NCBI RefSeq assembly: GCF_006345805.1
Contig: NC_043003.1
Span: 17,980,001 to 18,044,000 of the forward strand
Source of the DNA: Octopus sinensis
Taxonomy: Eukaryota
Direction of reading: 5' to 3'
DNA: 64,000 nt
Positions 12,523-26,275 of this stretch are shown in pieces. Both the position numbers and the translations under genes were made by a program. The notes under the pieces are model-generated. The model worked only from the letters and a program-made list of their open reading frames with translations. It ran no database searches and was not told the origin of the DNA. Within the stretch, counting starts at the first letter, position 1. Every line of letters starts with the position of its first letter.

Positions 12523-12651
12523 TATAAAATAATATGTTACATTACTCAATAGTCAAGATAACCGAAGAGATGGTGTTGTGGATTTCCACTTCGGCATCTG
12601 AAACTCAGAGTTTTATCTTGACTATTGAGTAATGTAACATATTATTTTATA
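12523..12651 (+). repeat. 39-bp perfect inverted repeat enclosing a degenerate hammerhead core
   Basis: Arms 12523-12561 and 12613-12651 are reverse complements. The spacer reads CCGAAGA-GATG...CATC-T-GAAA-CTCAGAG-TT. Confidence 0.8.
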
Positions 12652-12691
<40 letters not shown>

Positions 12692-13315
12692 TAACTATTC
12701 CAGTGATAATCACAGAAAAGCTTTTTTAATGGATCAGGCCACAAACCAAAACAAAGTAGTATAATATATAGTCGAATGCAGTTGAAACTCAGTAAATCCA
12801 ATTATTAATGATTGCTTTGTTATGAGTATATAAAATATTAAAACAAAGAGTATGTATGAGATGAATATGTTTTTTGTCCATATGATTACCATCGTTTCGT
12901 TGTTATCATAATAGAGAAATAATTCAGTTTAGCGTATAATAAATTCTTTTACAAATATAGAAGAATGTATAAACTTTCGAGAAATAATTCTATTTTAGAA
13001 TTAGATTTCGAAGCACGTATAAAACTATAAATAATAGCATTTAAGTATTACGTTGGAAAACCCTTTTGGATTAAAAATAAGTCGAAGATAGCCAGTGATA
13101 TTTTGAAAGAAATGTTAACATTTTATAACATACAAATAAATTAATCGTACAACCATTTTTTCTCCATTTACTTTCCTTCAATATTAATGATATATATATA
13201 TAATTACAATAATCCCTAACATATACCAGTTACTTTCGCATTATATGATAAAGATTAACTAGTGGTATATCTTGGATTGTATAATCCCAAATGAGGATGT
13301 AACTTCCTCGCATTG

Positions 13316-13353
<38 letters not shown>

Positions 13354-13588
13354 TATATATATACATACATACATATAGGGCACAGAAAGTGTGTCTATAG
13401 CCAGCTGGAGGAGATGTCTTCCTGGGGCTAAAAACTACAGTAGCATCCACCCTTAGGGGTTAGCCATATTCAAATGGCATATTTACATCACGATGTGTTT
13501 CTGCTACTGTTGATAACTCACTCTGATATTTATCATTGTTATTTATATATATATATATAATATATATATATATATACATATGACTATC

Positions 13589-13622
<34 letters not shown>

Positions 13623-13759
13623 AATATATATATATATACATACATACATACACACACACATATATATAAATCCATACATACATTCACACACACACGCACA
13701 CACGCACATATATATGTATGTATGTATAAATGTATGGAATAACCAACGTCTTTCACACC

Positions 13760-14260
13760 ATAAAATCGAACTTACCTATACTCCTACAAAGCCCCAAAAT
13801 GAAAAGTCTATTTGAAAAAACACTGTACGGAATAGTAGATGCCAACTAAAATATCTTAAAAAAACACCTCACTATGGCAAAATTCAAATCAGAGAATGAA
13901 TCAGAATACTTAGTAACAGAATGTGGAGATAGGTGATGTGAAACATGCAATATCAACAACTTCAAATACTTGGAAAGTGGTTCCCACATAAAATTCTAGA
14001 GTAGATCCCTTTTCAAGATAAATGCCGATATGAACTGCAAAACGCAAAACCTCACATAGTACATTACCTGCCCAAACTGCAAAGAAAATTACATTGGCGA
14101 AACAAATAATTCCCTCTGCCAACGTGCAAGAATCCACAGGCAACATATCCGACAAGAGGAATTGCGCAAGATTCCATTAAGTAAGCATCTGGAAATATGC
14201 AGCGACGGAAAATTCAAAATTTCCCTTTTACAAATGTGCACGGGGCAATCCGCAATACCG
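13760..14260 (+). mobile_element. Penelope-like element fragment (Cys-rich linker plus GIY-YIG domain)
   Basis: Read by hand: ECGDR*CETC...NADMNCKTQNLT*YITCPNCKENYIGETNNSLCQRARIHRQHIRQEELRKIPLSKHLEIC. Confidence 0.8.
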
Positions 14261-14559
14261 AAAAGCAATGGGACTACATTTCATCAAAATATTCTTTCCA
14301 AAATTTAATGTTTGAAGGGAAAATGGAGACAGTACATTTTGTATTTTAAATATAACTCAAATATCGGAAAAAATAATGCTCATCTCTGTAAATATTTAGG
14401 TGTATATGTGTGGCACTGAGATGTTCTGAGCTTTGCGTGTTTTACTGGTTTGTGTTATACTAATGTTCTCTAATGCAAAAACAAGAAATTGAAAGAGGTG
14501 TGATTGTGCTTTTCAATGCAAAACATCGAAGTTACACAGTATAAACATGGACATGTTCC

Positions 14560-14602
<43 letters not shown>

Positions 14603-15002
14603 TCACACACTCACACTTCATCAAGGAATTCTCTCCAAAATTGAATGTATGAAGGTAAAGCGGAGAATTTGTATTTTTTATTCCAAATGTGATTCATCTC
14701 TACAAATGTTCAGAAATACATTTCATCAAACAATTCTCTCTCCAAAAATTGAATGTCTGAAAGAAAAGCGGAAACAGTATATTTTGTATTCTAAATATAA
14801 CCCAGAGGAGAAAACGAAAGAAATGCGAAAAAAGGAAAGAGGAGAAAAGACGGGAAAAAAAGTGAAAGGAAAGAAAGGAAGAAAGAGGGGAAGAGAGAAA
14901 GAAAGCAAAAAGACTTTCAGTGATGACCTCACATTTTTTTTTTGAAGAGGTTACCATCCTTAAACCCATAAATGAGTGAATGATGAATAGTAAGGGGATC
15001 CC

Positions 15003-15043
<41 letters not shown>

Positions 15044-15432
15044 ACTCACTCTCTACCTATCTATCTACTTGTTTGACTATCTGTCTATCAACCTATCTAC
15101 CAACCTATATTTCTGTGTATCTATCTCCATTGTCATGGAAACATAAAGTAACCCGTTGTGTGTGTGTGTGTGTGTGTGGTGTGTGTGTGTGCGTGCGTGC
15201 TTGCGTTTGTGTGTGTGTGTGTAAATGTGTGTGTCTTTGTGCTTGCGTTTACGTCCCCGTAACTTAGCAGTTCAGCAAAAAGAAACTGATTGGATGAGTA
15301 CTAGGCTTTAAAAATATAAGCCCTGTAGTCGATGTGTTCGACTAAATCACTTCAAGGTGGTGCCCCAGCATGGCCGCAATCAAATGACTGAAACAAGTAA
15401 AAGATAAAAGGCAATAATTATAGGATATGACA

Positions 15433-15475
<43 letters not shown>

Positions 15476-15998
15476 TGTGTCTGTGTGTGTGTGTGTCTGT
15501 CTGTCTGTCTGTGTATGTGTGTATTTTACTTCGGTCGGGTCCGCCAGTTATTACTTTGTGCCTCACCACACCATACAAGATCTTCAGGCAAAGTGATTGT
15601 GCGCCAACTAAACTCAGAGTACAAGAGATTGACATGACCAAGATAAAATATTAATCTTTTTCGTGGTATTGAGTACTCTTTTATTTTTCGACAGATAACA
15701 CAAAACGGATGCATATACGCACACACACACACACACACAGACAACACATATGTATGTATGTACGGATATATAAATTGTATGTATACAAATATATATCCGG
15801 TTATATACGTTATATGTGTCAGTGAATGCGTGCGCATAATTATGTATGTGTGTGTGTCTTACATCCGGGTATATGCGTACATATATATATATATATATGC
15901 ATACATGCATACACTCATCTAATGTGTATATATTCATGTAACGTCAGTGTGTGTCTGTGTGTATATGTATATATATATATATATATATTATATATATC

Positions 15999-16029
<31 letters not shown>

Positions 16030-16036
16030 ATTAGAG

Positions 16037-16072
<36 letters not shown>

Positions 16073-16423
16073 TATATATACATATATATATATGTGTGTG
16101 TGTGTGTGTATATATATCCGGGTATGGCCTGCTTTCTCCACCTGCTTCACAAAAAAAGTTATATCTCCTTTTCTGTGTGTGGCTAATAAATGAATGTCAG
16201 CTTGCACAGTTTGTCTGTGTGATTAACAATGTCGCTATGCAACCGGTTTAACTGGGTTTGTACTTGTTACACTTACCAATAATTTGGCATGGAATTTTAA
16301 AGGTAGAATACGTTGCATATTTCTGAAACCCGTCAGATATAGTTTTGATTGGGAGGGAGGGAGGGGCAGGTTAAGTTTTAAGTAAGCATATGTGTATGTA
16401 TGTATATGATCATATATCTCACA

Positions 16424-16818
16424 TCTCTATATATATATAAAGCTGAAGTTGTCTGTGTATGGCAGGTTTGGTAGCCTTCAACTAACACTATCTCCTCTGA
16501 GACCCTGCGGCACAAGTTGACCAAAATTGAGAGTATGATAGAAGAAGGCTTGCTCTTCCTTCCGTAGAAGAAAAAATTCAAATCAGACCATGTTAACACC
16601 AAACATTATTTACATCAAAAAGGTGCTTTTTTTCTATGAAAATCCCTATTTTTTTACGATTTTTTGACTGCTGTGTCGCCATTTTTCGGTGTATTTAAAC
16701 CGGAAAAATGTTCACTGAAAGAGAATAACAAGCTACATAATGCAAAATTTTTACTTTTCAAAAATTCCAGTTCTAAAGGGTCGAAACAAACCCGAGCAAC
16801 GCCAGGCGATACTGCTAG
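16424..16818 (+). mobile_element. Non-autonomous Helitron, same family as 56426-56818
   Basis: Collinear with the 56426 copy; A|TC...CTAG|T junctions. Confidence 0.88.
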
Positions 16819-17620
16819 TTTATGTAATATATAATCAACTGTAACGTTAGCGGTTCGGCAAAGAAACCGATCGAATAGTGCTAGGCTTACAAAGAGTAAG
16901 TCTTGGGGCTGGTTTCTTTGACTAAACCCGGTTAAATGATTGGATAAAAGAATAAAATATCTATGTAGGTGTGTGTGTATGTATGTATCGGAAGACACCT
17001 GTTGTTATGTCCTGTTATTATATTTTTTATTGTATTTGTTTTTATTGTATTTATATTTGTGTAACTTTGTCCGTTTTTCCGTCCTTGTTTTTGTATAGAT
17101 TCGCTGCTTTCTTCCAAGGAATCTAATGCTCTTAGCTTAGTTTGTCCTTGTGGCGAACGTTGCATTGACTATGTTTTAGCTTCGTCACTACAGGAACTGA
17201 CCGTGTTCTTATAGTGTGGGGAGGGGGGGGCAACAATTCATTTGTAAAGATTTTTATAATAAATGCATGTATTGCATCATTTATACACCCACAAGTTAAC
17301 TATGCTTATGCCTCTACTTGTTTTGTTATTCAAAATGTTTTTCACAACCACATTGTTCCGTGATCAGTACCACTGCGCGACAGCTTACGTAAGTGTCTTC
17401 TACTATGGCCTGGGGTCGACCGAAGCCTTGTGAATGCATATAGTAGGCGGAAACTGAAAGAAGCACCTCGTATGTGTGTCTGTGCATTATATAATCACTC
17501 ATATACACATATACATACAAACATACCTACATTCATTCACAAAGTAGTATGTATACACACACACATATATATATATACATATATGAATAAAAATGGAGTT
17601 AACGCAGGTTTAAACAAGTA

Positions 17621-17716
17621 TTTTTACTTTCTACATATGTTTCAAAAATTCCACTGATACTTATTCAAAAGAATAAAGGTATAAACAATGCAATCTTCTC
17701 TTCGGGAAAGTGAAAA
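17621..17716 (-). ncRNA. Degenerate hammerhead ribozyme, same family as 3071 and 42867
   Basis: CTTTC-CCGAAGA (U4>C)-GAAGAT...ATTTTT (G.U-rich stem II)-GAAA-C atat G-TA-GAAAG. Confidence 0.6.
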
Positions 17717-17899
17717 AACGAAACTTGTCAATACGACATTTTAGCAAAAAATGATGGATTCGTATAGCGATAGACAGAACGCTATTAATATTGTTTAAAA
17801 AAACGTTATATGATATAACGTCATAAGTAGCTTGTGAGATTTTTGCTGCCCTGGTAACTATTCATTCATTTATCCGTGTTAATTGTTAACAAGGTAAAT

Positions 17900-19074
<1,175 letters not shown>

Positions 19075-19078
<4 letters not shown>

Positions 19079-20130
19079 CACTGTGTTTGGGGCCCACTTC
19101 TCTTCATCATCTACCATAAATGATATTACTGATACCATCAAACACAGTAACATCAGAACCTTCGCTGATGACTCCAAGCTCCAGAAGGTCATCAATGGCG
19201 TGGATGACCGAATAAACTTCAGTCAGACTACTGGCTGTTGTCCAATGGGCGGAAAAGAATAACATGTTGCTAAATGAAGACAAATTTGAACTGATCCACT
19301 TTGGAAGGGAGGACGCTCTGAAACTCCCATACTCTCTTCCTTCTGAGAAATTCCATGGCTTCCAACACATCAGAGACCTGGGAGTAACAGTGGACAACAA
19401 CATAAGCTGGGCTACCATATAAGCAGCAAAGTTGACATGGCCCGCAGAATGTGTTCCTGGATTCTCAGAACCCTTCCAGTCGAGAGATTCCCACGCTATT
19501 ATCCTTCTCTTCTCCACTTTTCGCCCGACCCCACCTTGAATACTGCTGTCCACTGTGGTCTCCCTACACAAAACAAAATATTATGAGAATTGAAGCTCCC
19601 CAAAGGTCAATCACAAAAAAGATAGATGGCATGTCTCAGACCTTGACTACTGGGGTAGACTAGAGAAGCTGAAATTGTATTCACTCCAACGACGCCGTGA
19701 ACGCTATATTATCTGTATGATGTGAAAATATTCCACCAGCACTGTCCGAATGATGTTGGCATCCACCTTCAAAATGCATCCAAGGCTTGGACCACGTGCC
19801 ATCCGTCCACAACAACAATCTAAATCGCATCACATAACGACAATACGGCACAACTATTCACCTCAACTGGACCTGCTCTCTTCACATTACACCAGGGCAC
19901 GTCAAAAAGAAACTGACCACACAAAATTCAAGACGTCTTTGGACAAATTCCTTCAAACAGTACCGGACAAACCACCCACACCCGGATATGTCTCCGCAAA
20001 CAATAACTCTCTGCTCGAATGGGCCCTTGGTGCCCAAATCCTGAACTGAAAGACTTCACCAGGTGGTGCTATTAAGTTAGACATGGCCTGGGCCAATACT
20101 GGCCAAAACCTTTCTAAGTTATTATACTAA
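19075..20130 (+). mobile_element. 5'-truncated CR1/L2-type LINE (RT C-terminus plus 3' end)
   Basis: FADDSK, RPHLEYCCPLWSP, RLEKLKLYSLQRRRER, F..SLDKFL..VPD.P...GY; short TAAGTTAT-type tail; flanked by (TA)n. Confidence 0.9.
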
Positions 20131-20142
20131 GTTATATATATA

Positions 20143-20208
<66 letters not shown>

Positions 20209-20279
20209 GCTTTTTAGCCATGCGGCTTGCAGTCTTACTGGAGCACAAACATTACCTTGTACCCTTTCCGAAACCTTCT

Positions 20280-20790
20280 TACGTGCGTATCTGGCACTTA
20301 ATTTATCGACCCGAAAGGATGTAAGGCAAAGTCGACCTCGGCGGAATTTGAACTCAGAACGTAGCGGCTGACGAAATACCTATTTCTTTACTACCCACAA
20401 GAGGCTAAACATAGAGAGGACAAACAAGGACAGACAAACGGATTATCGATTACATCGACCCCAGTGCATAATTGGTACTTAATTTATCGACCCCGAAAGG
20501 ATGAAAGGCAAGGTCGACCTCGGCGGAATTTGAACTCAGAACGTAGCGGCTGACGAAATACCTATTTCTTTACTACCCACAAGGGGCTAAACATAGAGAG
20601 GACAAACAAGGACAAACAAACGGATTAAGTCGATTACATCGATCCCAGTGCGTAACTGGTACTTAATTTATCGACCCCGAAAGGATGAAAGGCAAATTCG
20701 GCGGAATTTGAACTCAGAACGTAACGGCAGACGAAATACGGCTACGCATTTCTCCCGGCGTGTTAACGTTTCAGCCAGCTCGCCGCCTTT
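20280..20790 (-). mobile_element. SINE family A concatemer (head plus about 3 bodies, period about 182 bp)
   Basis: Junction GACGAAATACCTATTTCTTTACTACCC at about 20370 and 20552. Confidence 0.9.
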
Positions 20791-20935
20791 TAGATCGCTT
20801 CAGGATCTACCATAATTTGGCATATGTGGCGACCACAGCTAAGGTCAGTAGTACAGGCAGTTGAGAACAAAGGTCTTCCTCAGCGTCTACATTTCACACA
20901 CACACATATATATATATGTGTAAAGATTATATGTG

Positions 20936-21001
<66 letters not shown>

Positions 21002-22090
21002 TTCTTTACTCTTTTACTTGTTTCAGTCATGTGACTGTGGCCAGCTGGAGCACCGCCTTTTATCGAGCAAATCGACCCCCAGGACTTATTCGTTGTAAGC
21101 CTAGTACTTATTCTATCGGCCTTTTGCCGAACCGCGAAGTTACGGGGACGTAATCACACCAACATCGGTTGTCAAGCGACGGTGGGGAACAAACACAGAC
21201 ACACAAAAATACACACACACACACACACATACATATATATATACATATATACGACGGGCTTCTTTCAGATTCCGTCTACCAAATATATATATGAATGTGT
21301 GTGTGTCAGTGTTTGTCCCCCTCAGCCACCTGACAGCCGGTGTTGGTGCGTTTATGTCCCCGTAACTTAGTGGTTGGGCAAAGTGACCGAAAGAATAAAT
21401 ACTAGGCTTAAAAAAGTAAGTCCTGGAGTGGATCTGTTCGACTAAAACCCTTCAAGACGGTACCCCAGCATGGCTACAGTCAACTGACTGAAACAAGTAA
21501 AAGAATCGTTTGGTGATTTGGTCAAGCAGAAATTAGATCAGTTTTTGTTGTTTGGAGTCGGATTGCGGATGGCACCTATCTTCTCTTGTAGGCACAAGTT
21601 ACATGTCTGTCATAAATTCTTTAAAAGCTACTATCTTATTTAACGTCGCCCACGCTGGTGATCTCAAATTTGCTTGCTGAGCTGCAAATGTACTCTCAAT
21701 GTCCTGGGTCATTTTCCAGATGACAACTACAGAACGGCCTGTTATCCTGATCCAGAATAACAAATCAATTCACAGGAGACTATTATGTTAATTTATTGAG
21801 AGCAAGCGGCAACTTACATAGATCAAAATTGAGACCCTAGACTTGTGAGGTCCCCGAGCAAATTGCCCAGTGTGCCCCCATATCTTAAGATAGCATTAAA
21901 CATCAGCCGATTGTATAATTGTTTTTCTCCAAGTATTTGCCTTTTAGGATGCAAATCTCTGCTTCTGTTTCAGGTACGTGGCCCGAGTGCTTGCAGCAAA
22001 ATACACTCGTGACCGAATTAGTGATGTTAATTAGGCAGGACAATGAATTCAGTGTACGACTAGCATATATATGCATATATATTTTTTTTT

Positions 22091-22333
22091 CGCCCTTTTA
22101 AAGCCTAGCCAGGCTCATGGGCCCGGTTTCCCGGTTTCTATGGCGTATGTGTTCCCCAGCTGGACGGGACGCCAGTCCATCGCAGCGTCACTCATCTTTG
22201 CCAGCTGAGTGGACTGGAGTCAACGTGAAATGAAGTGTTTTGCTCAAGAAGACAACGCGTCGCCCGGTCCAGGAATCGAAACCACAATCTTACGATCATG
22301 ATGCTGACACCCTAACCACTAAACCACGCGCCT

Positions 22334-22335
<2 letters not shown>
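22091..22335 (-). mobile_element. tRNA-derived SINE family C
   Basis: Minus strand GGAGGCGCGTGGTTTAGTGGTTAGGG...TTTCGATTCCTGG...TTGAGCAAAACACTT...GCGATGGACTGGCGTCCCGTCCAG. Confidence 0.85.
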
Positions 22336-22390
<55 letters not shown>

Positions 22391-23331
22391 AGGCGGCGAG
22401 CTGGCAGAAACGTTAGCACGCCGGGCGAAATGCGTTGCCGTATTTCGTCTGCCGTTACGTTCCGAGTTCAAATTCCGCCCGAGGTCGACTTTGCCTTTCA
22501 TCCTTCCGTGGTCGATAATTAAGTACCAGTTACGCACTGGGGTCGATGTAATCGACTTAATCCGTTTGTCTGTCCTTGTTTGTCTCCTCTGTGTTTAGCC
22601 CCTTGTGGGTAGTAAAGAAATATATATATATATATAGTCACTATGTGTGATTGGGGGTGGCGAAACCCATATATTGTAACAAATAAAAATTAAAACTCTT
22701 AATGGTGTAAGAAGCGTGCGATATATACACTGACACAGGGGAGATAACCGCCCTGTGTCAGTGTATATATATATATTGCGCGCTTCTTACAGCATTAAGA
22801 GTTTTTAACTCTTATTCCTTGCAATATATGGGTTTCGCAACCCTCAGTCACGATTAGTGTCAATATATGTGTGTGTGTGTGCGTACGCAGGAGAAGGTAA
22901 TCGTAGCTGTATAAATGTAGACGTGTCTGTGTGTGTATATGTGTGATGTACGTGTATGTGTGAGTGTGCATGTGTGTATAAATGTCTGTGTGTAAATATA
23001 GGTTTGGGAGAAGAGAGAGAGAGAGAGAGAGAGAGAAAGAGGCTACGTATTATATCATAGCAACAGCAATCACAAAGAAAAAGATTTTTAAAAAAAACTC
23101 TTGTCAATATAATTATCTCACTGATTGTAATTTGCTAAATTTTCATTGGCTGTCGGTGTTTTTTTTTTTTTTTTTCATTGAAAACTTGTCTTTTTTTTTC
23201 TTCTGCTCTTTCTCGCTTTATCTTGTTTGTTTTGAATTTTCTTTCACTTTCATCTCTTTCGTTCTTTCTTTCTTTCTTTCTATGTTTTTTTTTAGATATC
23301 TCCTGGCGAAGAAAACGCAGTTTTACCAAAG

Positions 23332-23698
23332 ATGCAACTACAGTATTTCTCTGGTCAATGCGACTTTGCAGATTACAGTTGTGAGAAAGACGACCGAGGC
23401 TCTTGTCTAACGGATGACATTCTGCAAGAAATATTCGCACCTTATTTTCCGGCTGTCGCCCCTGACGCCGACCAATCAATTTTGTCGGTGCTGCAAGCAG
23501 GCAGTATAGATAACAACAGTTTTATTAATGAACACATGACCGAGCCAACTTTGAAGGACGCTCAACAATCGAATGGATTGCATGTATTAGAAGCGCCATA
23601 TACGACGGCCATGTCAGCTACAAATCACCTTCCGCTCTCCAACATCCATACAACAGAAGACTACGTGGGAAATACAAACCCAGTTCATTTTGATTCCA
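23332..23698 (+). CDS. EHF: ETS factor coding exon 1 (N-terminal acidic region, MQLQYFSGQCDF...NPVHFDS)
   Basis: Long polypyrimidine tract and TTTAG acceptor ending at 23295. Non-repetitive open frame. Donor A|GTAAGA at 23698/23699 is phase 1 and matches the next exon. The frame is also open from 23296 to the ATG, so an upstream coding exon is possible. Confidence 0.75.
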
Positions 23699-23727
23699 GT
23701 AAGATGATTTGCGTGGGTAATTTAGTA

Positions 23728-23760
<33 letters not shown>

Positions 23761-24144
23761 GCGTGTGTGCATCCGTGAATGTGTGAGTGTGTTACGGTGT
23801 GTGTCTTCTGTGTGTGTGTGTGTGTGCGTGCGTCTGTGTGTGTGTGTGTGTGTGTGCGTGTGTGCATGTGTGTGTGCGTTCGTGTGTGTGTGTGTGATTT
23901 CCTGTTTTATTTATTTATTTAGCCTGTTACGCTTGAAAACATTAACTTTTATCATTCTCATATTATTTATACATTTATACATTTATTTCGATTTTTGTAT
24001 TCTGTTTGTAAGATTTTTGATGTGACCTCGTATGTTGACACATTAATGTTGTATCTCGGGAGGGTCATTTCGCCAATAAACACCCGCACTGGTTCAATTT
24101 CACTTCTTTATTATTATCATTGTTATTATTATCGTTATTATTAC

Positions 24145-24184
<40 letters not shown>

Positions 24185-24363
24185 TAGTTTTATTTTTATA
24201 GCGTGCTTTCACTTCACTACCGAGCGCAGCTCTGTGTGCCTTGGGTATGTGCTGTGATTTGTTGTGATGCTCTGATGGTTATTGTATGGAAAGTGTTCTG
24301 CGTAGGATGTGTGCAGTGCCTAGTAGTGCAATTTTCTGTATGTTATCATTACTATTATTATTA

Positions 24364-24796
24364 TTAAGGTGGCGAGCTGGCAAAATTGTTAGCACACTGA
24401 ACAAAACGCTTAGTAGTATTTCGCCCGTTGCTGCGTTCTGAGTTCAAATCCTACCGAGGCCGACTTTACCTTATATTCTTACGGGGTCGATAAACTGAGT
24501 GAAATACTGGGGTCGATGTAATCGGCTATATCCCTACCGTTAAATTTCAGCCCTCGTGCCTTTAGTAGAAAGGACTATTATTATTTTTATTATTATTATT
24601 ATTATTATTATTAAGGCGGCGAGCCAACAGAAACGTTAGCACACCGGGAATTTTGTCCGTCTTTACGTTCTACGTTCAAATTCCGCCGAGGTCAACTTTG
24701 CCTTTCATTCTCTCAGGATCGATGAAATAAGTACCAGCTGAGCACTGGAGTCTTTACCCCTCCTTTGAAATCGTTGGCCTTGTGCCAAAATTTTAA

Positions 24797-24840
<44 letters not shown>

Positions 24841-25064
24841 CATTATTAAGGCAGTGGACTAGCAGAATCGTTAGCATGCCGAAAAAATGTTTAGCGGCAT
24901 TTCGTCCGTTTTACGTTCTGAGTTCAAATTCCGCTTAAGTTGCCTTTGTCTTTCACTATTTGGGGTCAGTAAAATAAAGTACCAGCCAAGTACAGAAGTC
25001 AATATAATCAACTAACCCTTTCCCCTGAAAGATTTCAGGCCTTGTGCCTATAGTAGAGAATATC

Positions 25065-25117
<53 letters not shown>

Positions 25118-25537
25118 TAAGGCGGCGAGCTGGCAGAAACGTCAGCACGCCGGGCGAAATGCTTAGCGGTATTTCGTCTGCCGCTACGTTCTGTGTTCAA
25201 ATTCCGCCGAGGTAGACTTTGCCTTTCATCCTTTCGGGGTCGATTAAATAAGTACCAGTAACGCACTGGGGTCGATATGATCGACTTAATCCGTTTGTCT
25301 GTCCTTGTTTGTCCCCTCTATGTTTAGCCCCTTGTGGGCAATAAAGAAATAAGAATCTTTGGCACGCTGGACGAAATGTTTAGCAGCATTTCGTCCGTCG
25401 TTACGTCCTGAGTTCAAATTCCGCAGGGATCGACTTTCGGGATCGCTAAAATAGTTGTGCACTGGGGTCGATGTAATCGACTAATCCCATCCCCTAAAAT
25501 GTCAGGCTTTGTGCCTATAGTAGAAAAGGTTATTATT

Positions 25538-25614
<77 letters not shown>

Positions 25615-25860
25615 CATTATCATCATCATCATCATCATTACTAGTCAGTTAAAGGTGACGAGCTGACAGAATCGTTACGACACCACAAAAAATGCTTAGC
25701 GACATTTCTTCAGGTTTACAGTCTGAGTTCGAATTCCGATGAGGTCAACTTTAACTTTCACGCTTTCAAGGTCAATAAAATAAGTACCTGTTGAGCACTG
25801 GAGTCGATGTAATCGACTTACTCCTCTCCCGAAATTGCTGGCCAAACTTTGAAATCAATA
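24364..25860 (+). mobile_element. Array of about 6 head-to-tail SINE A copies separated by (ATT)n/(ATC)n tracts
   Basis: Each copy starts (ATT)n-AAGGCGGCGAG or a variant and ends ...AGAAAGG-(ATT)n. Confidence 0.88.
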
Positions 25861-25863
25861 TTT

Positions 25864-26275
25864 AACCAGGCGCAGGAGTAGCTGTGTGGTAAGTAGCTTG
25901 CTTACCAACCACATGGTTCTGGGTTCATTCCCACTGCGTGATACCTTGGGCAAGTGTCTTCTACTATAGCCTCGGTCCGACCAAAGACTTGTGTGTGGAT
26001 TTGGTAGACGGAAACTGAAAGAAGCCCGTCGTATATATATATATATGTATGTGTGTGTATATGTTTGTGTGTCTGTGTTTGTCCCCCCAACATCGCTTGA
26101 CAACCGATGGTGGTGTGTTTACGCCCCGTAACTTTGCTGTTCGGCAAAAAAGAGACCGATAGAATAAGTACTAGGCTTACAAAGAATAAGTCCTGGGGTC
26201 GATTTGTTCGACTAAAGGCGGTGCTCCGGCATGGCCACAGTCAAATGACTGAAACAAGTAAAAGAGTAAAAGAAT
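25864..26275 (+). mobile_element. SINE family B, full-length
   Basis: Same head, core and tail as 4576-5094, with a short central microsatellite. Confidence 0.88.

Noticed and set aside
13934-13936. In-frame TGA in the PLE zinc-knuckle region as selenocysteine recoding (as in Naiad-type PLEs); also TGA at 61323-61325
   Set aside because: The TGAs fall at non-Cys positions, consistent with CGA>TGA decay. The elements have many other stops and frameshifts, and no SECIS was recognised.
22660-22850. GCGAAACCC / CTGAGGG motifs in the palindrome as a hammerhead
   Set aside because: No room for stem II and no UH cleavage site.
24364-25860. CRISPR-like periodic repeat/spacer appearance of SINE arrays (also 20280-20790 and 40402-40812)
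   Set aside because: Units are 180-250-bp Pol III SINEs with A/B boxes, separated by SSR tails. The context is eukaryotic and there are no cas genes.
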